Of a stretch of 64,000 bases of DNA, positions 42,611-55,231 are shown in pieces. The notes beneath the pieces were generated by a model. It did not search any database. It had not been told where the DNA came from and was given only the letters and a program-made list of their open reading frames with translations. This DNA comes from Octopus sinensis (taxonomy: Eukaryota), in NCBI RefSeq assembly GCF_006345805.1, contig NC_043007.1, positions 46,624,001 through 46,688,000 of the forward strand. Reading direction: 5' to 3'. The stretch's first letter is position 1, and each line of letters starts with the position of its first letter. The translations under genes and the position numbers were made by a program.

Positions 42611-44483
42611 ACTACAATAATTTTTAATAATTGTTTGGCAAAATACATCTGGAAGATCTGGAAGTGAAGACAAACAGAGACTGGATGGATGAGGTTAACT
42701 ATTTTGATGATAAGATGGTTTATGAAAGTAAAAACTATGTGACTATTACTTACAATTCCACTGATAACATTAACGTTTGTATGGCATGCATCCTTGCTCT
42801 GTTCCCTAAATAGATATCCTCGAGTATGTTATTATGTGTTTACCAGTCAAGTTATCAAATAATTTAGAATTATAACTTTGGTTCGTATGTTTTCGGAAAA
42901 GAAAAACAAAAATTTTTATGATGCATACGCAAAGGAAGCATACTGTTAATTAAAGAAGAAAAGAAGAATAATGTTAATTAAATGATCTAAACGTCCGGGT
43001 GTGGAACATAAAGATATTTGGAGACAATTCGAAGTAATTTACAGAATATGAATTTGTACAGATTTGCAGACTGATGAGTTTTAATTAGTGTTTAATATAA
43101 TGCCATTGATTTACAGCTTGTGGGTAGGTTGTCATATATTATTGAGCATTGTTATCTTTTCCGTTAAAAATTTATTATCGACATCTGCTCATAGATTACA
43201 AACGATCTTTTCGTGGAGACAGTGAGTAAATGATGCGGTAAATGTTTGTTTTCATTATTTCTTCTTATCACCTCTCTGCTGTGCTTTATATTATGAATAT
43301 TTCAATACGATTCGTTTCAGTCAATGTCAGATTTAATATATGAATTTAGCTAGAAATATTTCTTTAAACATATTTTCTAGAATTATAGTTTATATTTAAT
43401 AGTTATAAGTCTACATTAATTAATTCCCATATCCTAGGCGGGTAATGACTGGTAGTTAGCTTTCATTTCGTCCATTTTAATTAAGGTTTCATGTTTTATA
43501 TATGCTATCGAGTATGTTCTTTACGATTTGGGTATTTTAACCAATTTTACATTCCATGCTTTGTACGTCGAGTTATTTGTTTAAATTATTTCCTCTAATT
43601 AAGGTTTGCATCTAGTAAATATTGGTCTGCATTGGTTTATGCACATCTGTTGCCTTTAAGACGAGGTATATAAACAGGGTTAATTTGGTTACTTTCCCAT
43701 ACATTGAAAACATTATGAATTACTTTAGTGTATTTTTAAACCACATTTGGTTCCGATCAGAGATGTCGTAACGGATTTGATTAACTTCTGAGAAACAGGC
43801 CTAAAGTGGTATGTTATTTGGCCAGCTTACTTTTGGTTAGCATTATTGATGTGTTCGTGTTTTAAGTATGTGTTGGAGGTTTATAAGTAGCAACGCCTAT
43901 TAGTTTATATTCTTTGATTAATCTAGTTTGCTTTCGTGTTCTTTGATTTTTAATTTTTTTAATTCTTTAATATTTTTACTCTCTATGATCATATTTCGTT
44001 GTTTTCTATATTTCATTTTTTAATTTGTTTGCTCTATAGATAGTAATTATTTATACTTGAGACGGGATGTTTTTACATGTAATACTATATAGATGTAAGT
44101 ATAATGGACACATTGCGCTAATATTCCACTCCTGCATTTTATCGATTAATTCCTGCACAGAGTGTATGTGTTACACATGTTTGATATCATCAGATTAAAT
44201 GGTGGTGCACAGGTATCAAAACCATAATGACAGCAGTCAGGCAGCAGATGATAGGTTTATAAGTATGATGTAATTCTTCATTATGAAACGTTATGATGTG
44301 TTCTCTTGCTCTAAGTTATTCTTCATTGAATTTCTAGTTCTAAGGGGTTAACTTCTTTAGGTGTCCATAGTTTCTTGTATATATTTTACAATACTTTGAT
44401 ATTGTGTGATTCTCCTTCACAATGATGCCAGTTTTGGTAAATGTTATGATATAGAAATTACTTTGTGTGTACATATATATATA

Positions 44484-44533
<50 letters not shown>

Positions 44534-44894
44534 GTATGTATGCATGTATGTGTGCGTGCGTGTATGTGTGTGTGTGGATGAAGCTGCTATATGACATCAA
44601 ACGCGTACTTCGAATAACTACATGTGAGGTGCCAGATTTAAGAACCATAAAGGGTACTGTGTTTAGCTTCTCACCTGTTCCCTCGTACTCTGCCCAGACA
44701 CAAAAAGGTACTCTAATCTAATCTACCTGAAACAAATAAACATCGTATTCATAGAAACGTTACACAATTCATTTGAATTATCTATCATCACCATTCACCA
44801 AATAAAGTCATGCCATATATTACCTGGATTCATACAATCCTTTTCTTTCCCATTTCGAATCATGCTCGTTTGTCTGTGTATGCCGTTATACGAA

Positions 44895-45078
44895 ACAAGT
44901 GCCATGCTAGGGAGCTGCCTTAAAGACTGTCGAATACATCACAACGGCATTTATTTGTTTAAGTCAGGTGCGTATTCTATTGATCTTTTGTGCCGAAATG
45001 CTACATTATGGGTACGTAAGCAAACCAACCCCTATTGACAAGCGGTTGTGAGGGAAGAAACACACACACACAAACACA
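44895..45078 (-). mobile_element. SINE family B, degenerate 3' part
   Basis: gccatgctagg...tattctattgatcttttgtgccgaa...caagcggttgtgaggg, similar to 23910-24080. Confidence 0.6.
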
Positions 45079-46327
45079 TCGCTTTATTTTAAAACTGGTT
45101 CTCTAAGAACATAGTTAATATTAATGGCATGTAAATATTGTGTTGAAAAAACAAATGGGTGCAAAATGTCGAAGTTTGCCCGTAGTACGCGAATCCATAT
45201 GTCCTGTAGACTTTGCATGCGTTCTTGCAAAGCAATACTTTTAATTTCATTATGCATTTTCCAAATTTTTGCGTATCAGTGAGAAGTTTATGTTGATTTC
45301 CAAACTCAAGATTTACATACTATTATTTGTGGATGTATATGTACATAGGATGTCTATTTTTGTACTTATGGTAGAACGCTTTCCATGTCTAAAGGAGATA
45401 GAATGTGTTCTATCCAACAGGATTTTTACATGCCAACATTTATAAATTTAAAAAGCACTTCCACCAAAATTATTCCACGTTCTCTCAAACGTTCATAAAT
45501 TCTTATAATTGTCAGCAATACACACGCACGTGCACACAAACCCACACACATTAATTAGTTGTAGGATTCATTTAAATCAATGTGTTTTAAATAATCAGGA
45601 CACGAAGTCAAGTTCAAGATGGGTATATCTGTCTATATTTCATATACGGACACACGCGCATACATCAATGCGTCCTAATACTTATATATATATGCACATA
45701 AACAAATCAACATACACATTTACATAAGTGTACATTTATATGAAATTATAGATACACATGCCGACATGTAGTTTGACAATACAGTGTGAGTTCCGGATCC
45801 AACGCAGAGAATGTTTACATAGAGAACGAATACAAATGCGATGAGCTTCACTGTTTCAGATGTACTATTTGATAATGAATAAACCGATTACATCATGAAA
45901 AAAACATCACTTTCCTTCAGAAATTACAAAATAGATTTAGAAAAAATATCAAGATATGGAATGTGTGTTGACTCCAACACTTTGGCAATATTAGAAATAC
46001 ATATATGTATATATATAACTTATCTTATAATAAACTTTTTAATACGTTGTGATAGTTATATATAATTATATAAAAAAATTATAAATATAAATATAAATTA
46101 ATGATTTTAAATTTAAATAATTTAAATTTTAAATTTTATATTTTATATATTTTGTAAATTATATTAATTATTTTTATTTCTATGTTTTGGTTTATGTTTT
46201 TCACTGTTTGATTTGTCTAATAGTGGTTTTATCTCTAATTTAATTTATATATATATATATAGATAGATAGATACATACATACATACACACATATATACAT
46301 ATATTCATAAATGTGTGTGTATGTATG

Positions 46328-46358
<31 letters not shown>

Positions 46359-46614
46359 TGAAGTAAGTTCATAGATGTAAAACAAAGTGGAAAACGTAGT
46401 AGTCAATTACCAAAGGCAGGACAATATACTTTTCATCAAATCAGAAAAAATCTTCATGAACAGTTATCCAGAGTTTCCTGTAGCAGTTCGCCAATCATTT
46501 ATTATAATACTCTATTGTCACAATTGTCTGGCGAGTGGTGATGTGAATTTCTGCGTACCTAATTATGAAGTTTCTTTCATCTCTAATAAATAGCATGTAT
46601 ATATATAATATATA

Positions 46615-46678
46615 TCGGCGGGCTTCTTTCCGTTTATCTGAAACCAAATTCACTCACCAGTCTTTGGTTGTCCCGGTG
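46615..46678 (-). mobile_element. SINE family B fragment
   Basis: cggcgggcttctttccgttt...accaaattcactcaccagtctttggttgtcccgg. Confidence 0.6.
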
Positions 46679-48717
46679 TCAATGGATTTTTTCGGAATTA
46701 ATCTTTAAGCAAACGGAATAGAAAGTAACATGTACCTCAGTCGGTGCTTTAAGGAAGTGTCTCTTCCGACATGTGAATCTTAGCTGATCACATGCAATTT
46801 TAATCGTATCTAGTTTGTAGCTGAGTAGTAAGCAGCTATCATGTCTCTATCTAATAAGACAGAACATTCTATCCCCAACATATTTGCAGCTAAAAATTAT
46901 GACCGTATGTTGCTCATCTAGAATATTGCAAATAGTTAGGTGGGTATCAAATATTTGTTTAAATTTACTCTGCTTTTCACAGAAATATTTGTCGAGTGAT
47001 GTTTTCATTATTATATACTTTTTTAATTATAGAAGTTGTGTATATCCTACTTAATCATGTTGTGCATGTTTAGTCTTTCCTCCCCAATATCTATAAAATA
47101 TTTAATTTCAAAGCTATTCTGTCTGTATTTGTCGAGGTTTTCCACATTAACAAACATATTTATGTTGTTGCAGTTGACGTCTGGCTAGTTTTTTTGCATA
47201 CAGATAAAAGTGGCCACTTGGAAATCTAATTATTTTCTTTCTGGCTAAAGAAAGTGATAGCTCTTTCCCAATATTTGGTTCTTAAACATATACAGTAGAA
47301 AAATACTGCAATTCTTTCTGAAATGGTTTTTATCTAAGAAATAATGAAAATATTTTTATTCTTATTTTGATATTTTCTTTTCCAATATATTTTTCGCCTG
47401 TAAATATTAAAATCAATATTTCCCAATATGAATTGCTGATGAAATCTGTCAAATAAACAGAGAAGTGTAATTCGGGGAAGTGTAATTCGGTACAAAGAAT
47501 CTGAAAAGTAAATCCTCTAGAGCAAATATCATTGTGAAAAGCCACATACAAATACATGTGATCAGAGAATGAAATCTCATGAACGAGATTGTCGTCAAAA
47601 TTTGCAATCCATAACAATGAAGAGTGAAAGAAAAAAATAAATATTTGATGCAACTTCTTACGTAATTAACAAATCAAAATGCACGGAGCTGACCCCTTTG
47701 CTTATTTCAAAGAAATACCCGCTTAAAATGTTGATGACAGGTAGTTATTACATAATATTCGGCAGACAATGTGTGGAGTTATAAACGGGATTGCAAATTA
47801 AGAAGAAAAACATACATTATTTTTTTCAAAGTGCGTTTGTGTATTTTGGGGCCATGTATTCATCTTTTGGTTTCCTGTATAATTAATGCTTACACAAGTA
47901 AAATTTGAAATTCGGATATTTGAGGGAGCAAACAGATAGCTGTATCTGAGTTAATTGTAGCAGCATTGTGCATTGTCCTCTTTAATATCAACGCCATTAA
48001 GTCACAATAATTCAGTCACTATCACATCAAAGCTAATTACATTTCACTAACAAACTAAAGTGCAAACATGATCTGCTAGAAGTAGCAACCAAAATCTCTC
48101 TCAAATAACTTACTGTTTAGAATGATACTCGTCTATGTTGTAACTACTTGACCAAAGCTGAACTGGAGATAAATTGGAATAAAAAGTGATATATGTAGTG
48201 TGTGTGTGTGTATTTATAGAAGTGCCACCGTATATCTCAGAAGTAATGATAACAGAATGCTACAACATCTAACAAATTTTAAGTATTTATGACTGACAGT
48301 CGTATAACCTGCTACAGTATAGATAACTGTACGTAAAACAAATTATTAGAAGGTTGAAGACATTTGAATGAATGTGGAAAACAGCCTAGACGAAGGTAAA
48401 GGTGATAATGATGTTCGCCGAATTCCCAGCATTTTATTGCTCTCATTATTCTTGTTGCAGCATCTGTTGTTTGCCGCAAGATATTTATTGCATAGTGAAT
48501 GTGAGTTTTGACAGAAAGCGTCACGATAAAGCAAATAATTACACAATATCTCTGTTACGTAGATTACCTAGATGTAAAGGTTGCATTGTTCTATGTATAA
48601 ATTCCAGCCAACCGAAAAGTTAATAGTTTTTAAACTGATTGTTGTCTACTCATGACCCTATGTCGCGTGAGTTGCCCCTAGAGACTGTAGTATTAGTAGG
48701 TAGGTAGGTGGGGGAGG

Positions 48718-49023
48718 GGGAGGCGCAATGGCCCAGTGGTTAGAGCAGTGGACTCGCGGTCGGAGGATCGTGGTTTCGATTCCCAGACCGGGCGTTGTGT
48801 GTGGTTATTGAACAAAACGCCTAAAGCTCCACAAGACTCCAGACAAGGAGTGGTGGTGACCCCTGTTATACTCTTTCGCTCCAACTTTCTCGCACTCTTT
48901 CTTCCTGTTTCTTGAGTAACGCTGCGATGGTCTGGCGTCCCGTCCAGCTGGGGGGGAACACATACGCCATAGAAACTGGGAAACCGGGCCCATGAACCTG
49001 GCTAGGCTTGAAAAGGGCGCAAA
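48718..49023 (+). mobile_element. tRNA-derived SINE family D, tail type 1
   Basis: ggaggcgcaaTGGCCCAGTGGttagagc...GGTTTCGATTCCC (A/B boxes); head and body shared with 50481-50780. Confidence 0.88.
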
Positions 49024-50417
49024 GTAGGTTGGGGAGGGCTTGCGTTATAGTAAAAGCTGCAGTCAAGTTTTACTAATATTACACAGCATATTCTTTAGAA
49101 ATTTATGTATTAAATGGTTACTGTTCCTCAAAAAGGGCATAGCGTTCAGGATTAAAGCGGGTATAATTTCCGATGCAAATAACCACAAACAAACAATCGA
49201 GATTACTCTCCACAAAGAATGAGAAAAATTCAAATTTGCATCGCTTCCAAATAAATAGTAAACATTACGGTAGGAAATTGTACATGAATAGGTGCATGAA
49301 ATCTATATGAATAGATGCGTAAAATCCCAATGGCTGTCGTACGAAGAGCGCTATATTTCATAATCTTTTTCTTTGAAACATCTATGATATAATATGAAAT
49401 AAATTATTGATAATCTGAAGAAAACTTTTATAACTATTAAAGCTAGATACACAATATATGAAACCAATACATTAGCTCTAAATTATTGCAAATGTTCAAT
49501 TTACATTGAATATTTTCACAATAGTAGCAATGCTGAAACAGCAATAGAAGTACTTTTTGTTTTGTTTTTTATACATATCTTAGCATGGAAGACAGAATTT
49601 ATTAACTGTTGGGAAAATAGACAAAGTAGACATCGAATGTCTTGGTAAGGGAAGAATAATTGCCAGAGATGTTAAATTCAGCGAGCTGTCACTGAAGTAA
49701 TATTGAAAATTCGAACTCAAAAGACAATACATAAGAAAATATAGACAGGTTGTTATTGGAAGTGATGTATAACATTGCGCTTATGCCAAGATTTATAGTT
49801 GTACATATATATTACAACATATGAACCTTTGTGAGATTACATTGCAACAAAACTGTTAACACGTTAGTATTTAGCTTCGACATAAATAATTGATGTATGT
49901 AGTGCGTGTGTATGTGTGTGTATATAATCTGTGTGTGTTATATGGAAGTGCCACGGTATATCTCAGAAGTAATGATAACAGAATGCTACATGTAATATGA
50001 ATTAGCTTTTGGACAGTTCGGTTCATACGTACATTAGTAGTTGCTTGTTTGATTAGTTCCAGTTAAATATTTCTCATTCGTATTAGTATTTAGGCCTGGT
50101 ACTTTTTTGACAAATTACTTAATCTAAGACTAGGTGTCCCTCTCCTCCCGAATTAAGAATATTGTTGAGTAATAGTTCAAACCAATTGAAGGCGGTACAA
50201 TCATTTGTTGCTTATCTTGCCTGGAATTAGCCAAAATCCAACCACGTGCAAAAGCAGAAGAAATGTGTTAGGGTCACACGTACGAAGATACTTTTTAGTA
50301 AACTATAATATGTAATAGCCTTAATGCCGAAAGAAATGTTACATTAAAATGCTATAAACAGTTATAAAGGCACGTATGTATGCATGCATGCATGTATGTA
50401 TGTATGTATGTATATAT

Positions 50418-50480
<63 letters not shown>

Positions 50481-50780
50481 TAGGCGCAATACCCCTGAGG
50501 TTAGGGCAGCGGATTCGTGGTCGTAGGATCGCGGTTTCGATTCCCAGACCGGGCATTGTGAGTTCATTGAGCGAAAACACCTAAAGCTCCACGAGTTCCG
50601 GCAGGGGTTGGTGGCGATCCCTGCTGTTCTCTTTCGCCACAACTTTCTCTCACTTTTTCTTCTGTTGTCCAGTTCGCTTAGCCAGCGGTGTGGTGTCATT
50701 TGAAGGCTAAAACAATGCGAATCACATTGTCACCAGCGATGTTTAACAACATCTGATAGCCTGGTCGCTCACGTTGATCA
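50481..50780 (+). mobile_element. tRNA-derived SINE family D, tail type 2
   Basis: First ~185 bp homologous to 48720-48909, followed by an unrelated 3' tail. Confidence 0.85.
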
Positions 50781-50813
50781 GGGTGATATCTCACTCTCTG
50801 TTACATATGTATG

Positions 50814-50884
<71 letters not shown>

Positions 50885-50929
50885 TACATACATATATATT
50901 CATACATACATATGCAACAGAAGGTGAGA

Positions 50930-50945
50930 TAGATAAATAGGTAGG

Positions 50946-51029
<84 letters not shown>

Positions 51030-51080
51030 CATATACATACATACATACATTAATACATACATACATACATACATACATAC
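50930..51080. repeat. (TAGA)n-(TACA)n compound microsatellite
   Basis: Direct reading. Confidence 0.96.
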
Positions 51081-52257
51081 ATTTGACTGTCGTCTAGCTG
51101 AGTTACAAATTTGTTGAGTTGACAGATATTTTAAAATCCCACAGTCCTAAGGAAAATATCATCATAGCGAGTCTTTACTAGCAAAAAAGTTGCGACTCGT
51201 TGGTGTAAATGCTGTCAGATAGTTACGAGGTAATCGAAACTATTACTTACAAATATGTATTCAAACTTAGGATGCATTGTCGATACCATTTTTCCTTATT
51301 TTATTACACAAATGAGAGTAAAACGCAAGGGGAATTAGAGGCTCAGATGGCTGCAGTGAATAATCAATAAGATCACCGACACTAATTCTCCTAAACAATC
51401 ACTTATTTGTCGGAGCCTTTCAAATTTGCATTTAGTTTTCTTAAAAAGAAAATCACTTCGTTGTGAAGGATTAGGTCGGTGCAGACATATTAATACCGAG
51501 TGAAACTGTGTATGATATATGTAAAGTGCTTTACTCTTTCGGCAATGTTTAAAGTATTTTGCTATGGAAATGTTATCAACGTTTTAAAGCTCAATAAGTT
51601 AATGGAAATGTTCGGATAAACGATATTAATTTCTCATAAAATCTCTATTGGAATTTTTCAAGATTAATGTTGTCAATCATATTAGATGCGTACATTTAAA
51701 TATTAAAACTGGATGCTGTCGTGTTGTAGAACCACAGATATATAAATATGATTTAAAGAAAAATAAGTAGACATTTATCTGTCAGTAGTAATTACGTAAT
51801 TAGCATTTATTTTTATTTTGTTTCGTTCTAAAACCGAAGATTCGTTGCGTGTATAAATTTCGCACTATGCACGTTTACAAGAAATGAATACGCATAGAAA
51901 CACATAGACATAAACGTATATACGCACATATATGTATCAACGTGTCTGTGAGAGTGAGAGAGAGGGAGAGAGAGAGAGAGAGAGAGAAAGAATGTGAGAG
52001 CGGGAGAGAGAGAGAGAAAGAAATAGAGAAAGAGAGAGAGAAAGAGCGACTGAGATAGAGAAAGATCAAACGGAAATTTGTACGTTATATACATTTATAT
52101 CAGTAAAAATACATTGGTGCTATAGATACTGATATATGAACAAATATGTGTGTGTGTGTAAATGCATGTTTATATAAATACACTCACACACGCACACAAC
52201 ACACATAAACACACACACACACATATATATATATATATTTATATATATACGTATACA

Positions 52258-52520
52258 CAGTGGAGCCTCCGTTTACGATTAAAACTTTGTTCTTGAAGGC
52301 CGGTCATCATCCAAGCCACTTTTCCATTCGAAGGGACACCGGATTCGAGCAGGTAGGTGTGTGCATTAAGCGAAGGCTATACAGAAATTCTTTTCTCCGG
52401 GCAGGAGTGTGCTCTGAGCAAAAGCTAATCAGAAAGGGTTTTCGTATTCATCACTCGAGACACTGTCCATCTACCATGACGTTTTACACTGGAAACATTG
52501 TTCGAAAACTGTTCTGTTCA
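52258..52520. mobile_element. Possible pogo/Tigger-type MITE remnant
   Basis: Begins cagtggagcctccgtttacga next to a TA-rich tract, resembling pogo-family TIRs; no second TIR was found. Confidence 0.35.
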
Positions 52521-53794
52521 TAATGTACGCATAAATGTACATGAACATAAACGTATACATGTATATTTATGGATGAATGTGTGTGAGAGAGGGAGAGAGA
52601 ATGAGAGAGAGAGAGAGAAAGACACACACAAGCACACAGATGCACATACAAGCACACAAGCATGCACACGTATATATATATATATATATATATATCCAGT
52701 GGTATGCGTGTGTATGAGAGAACAGCAGCTCAAATATACGCACATACATACATAAATAGATATGTGTGTGTATATGCATATATGTTTGTGTGTGTGTGTG
52801 TGTGTGTGTGTGCATGTCTGCGTGTCATTGGATCCGAGCTGGCAGTGGTGAAATAAAGTTAATTAGAATGCCAGATACTGATTCTTCTTTACTATTCCGC
52901 ACAAATTCTTTAATGGTCAACGTTCCTGTCCAGCCCAGGGCAATGAATCGCTGGACAGTATGAATGTCGAAATGGATGCCATGAAATATTTGATTCTGCT
53001 CTTTGCGTTGGGAGTAAAATTGCACTATTAACTGGGTGGGGTATTGTACACAGCCCTAGATTTAAACCCACGATCTGTCACTTTGGATGCCGTGTCTCTC
53101 GCTGGTCTCACATTTTTGTATTCATTGTACTACGGGGTACTACGGGGTACGAATTTCTCCCTACACCGCTCTCTTTTGTAGCAGGGGCCTATAAAAGTTT
53201 CTCAAAACTACTCTTAGTCGGAGCTGGTGGAGTAAATTATGTATAGATACATGAAGCTACACATACACACAGATGTGTGTGTGTGTGTATATGTATATAT
53301 ATATATATATACACTCATACATATATATACATATATATATATATATATATGCATGTATGTATTTATGTGTGTATAAATGTGTATGTATGTGTGTGTGGTA
53401 GTATAGTTATACATTTACAGATAGTAAACCATATATATATATGTATACATTTAAATATGTATACACACACATACGCACACACATATAGATTTATATCTGT
53501 ATTCTGTTCTATTGAAATATAGATATAGCTTTGTGTGTGCCATGGGCCATCTTTCTTTCTTCTCCTGTCTTGTATTTCTTTCTTTTTCTCTGTTGTAGCT
53601 GGGACAGGGTAAACATGATCTTCTCTGTCTCCCGTCCAATCTTGATTTACGCGTTCGCCACCACAACCTCGTTTAGACTTAGCAGCCCTTCCTGTTTGTT
53701 TTCACTGTCCTGTTTGTGTTACCAATTTGACCCTCTACAAAATCCCAAATATAATTCAACTTGCTTTGCGGGAGCAACTGTTTTATTGAAAGCG

Positions 53795-53912
53795 TATACT
53801 CTTGTTGAATGCTGGAAATTCGAAACTAGAAAAACAGCCAACAACTGATGAAGGCTGGTTCTTTGTGTTGTTTGCCTTGTTTTCCATTTGTTCATATTCC
53901 ATGTACTCGTAA
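53795..53912 (+). mobile_element. PLE-like terminal segment with decayed hammerhead pieces
   Basis: cgaaact...caaCTGATGAaggctggttctttgtgttg...ttgttttccatttg; homologous to the reverse complement of 63915-64000. Confidence 0.5.
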
Positions 53913-54646
53913 GTTAGTTTAATCTCTAGCGTAAACTTGTGATAAAGTAAACTTCTTAAGCTTTGATGAAAATATTTATGAATGATCTGAATGGCTCAAC
54001 ATTTAGAAGTTTGCATGTAAATAGTTACAATATAAGTTCTCACATTTTAATGCTATAAATATTCCTAGACTTCCAAGTCACATGTTGTCCGCCTTAAGTG
54101 TCGTGTGTTTTATAGTTCCACATGTATGTTTTAACTTAAGATTTCGTATATCCATGGACACTTTATGAACTACCCATTATATAGTTTCGTTGATCAAAAC
54201 ATGCCTCCTGTTCCATACAATAGAACCATATTTTAAAGAAAGGCTTCGCAATTTAGTTTTTGATAAGCTTGAATCAGAAGTAGTTTCTGTTTTAATACAG
54301 TGACGTTCCCAGTCACGTGCTACTGACAAACATCGTTTTAATTTACTAATTATTTCTATGTGCCACTTTTAATTACGTGCGTTCATCTTTTATTTATTTT
54401 TTTCTATTAGATACTGTCATTTTGATTTGCAGTGATTGCAAAATGAAAAAAAATCAATTCATAATTAGGAAACCATAGTAGCATTGTATATTAAACGAGA
54501 CTATACGATAATTGGAAACACTGAAACCGAAAGACAGTTCCATATTCTGATATAATATGTCGATTGTGTGATATCAATGCATATCAGCTCTATCATTCAG
54601 AGCCCTTCAAAAATGTCCGTAAGGAACTACCTACCTGCAAACATGA

Positions 54647-55231
54647 TAATCTTTTCTACTCTAGGCACAAGGCCTGAAATTTGGGGGGGGGGAGCCGAGC
54701 GATTAGATCGACCCCAGTAAGCAACTGGTATTTAAATTATCGACCCCGAAAGGATGCAAGGCGAATTCGACGTTGGTGGACTATAAACTCAGAAGTAAAG
54801 ACAGGTGAAATACGTATTTCTTTACTGCCTACAAGGGGCTGCACACAGAGGGAACAAACAAGGACAGACAAACGGATTAAGTCGATTATATCGACCCCAG
54901 TGCGTAACTGGTACTTATTTAATCAACCCCGAAAGGATGAAAGGCAAAGTCAACCTCGGCGGAATTTGAACTCAGAAGGTAACGGCAGTCGAAATACCTA
55001 TTTCTTTACTACCCACAAGGGGCTAAACACAGAGGGGTCAAACAAGGACAGACAAACGATTTAAGTCGATTACATCGACCCCAGTGTGTAACTGGTACTT
55101 AATTTATGGACCGCGAAAGGACGAGAGGCAAAGTCGACCTCGGCGGAATTTGAACTCAGAACGTAAAGACAGACGAAATACGGCTACTCATTTCGCCCGA
55201 CGTGCTAATAATTCAGCCAGCTTGCCGCCTT
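54647..55231 (-). mobile_element. SINE family A with three tandem copies of its core
   Basis: Head aaggcggcaagctggctgaa...GAGTTCAAATTCC; the core atcgaccccagt...cgaaaggatg...gaactcagaa recurs near 54707, 54890 and 55074. Confidence 0.9.

Noticed and set aside
44165-44195. CUGAUGA...AAAC-AUGU-GUA on the minus strand
   Set aside because: No stem I or stem II and G12 is missing; likely chance. The CTGATGA at 43071 and 47437 likewise lack hammerhead stems.
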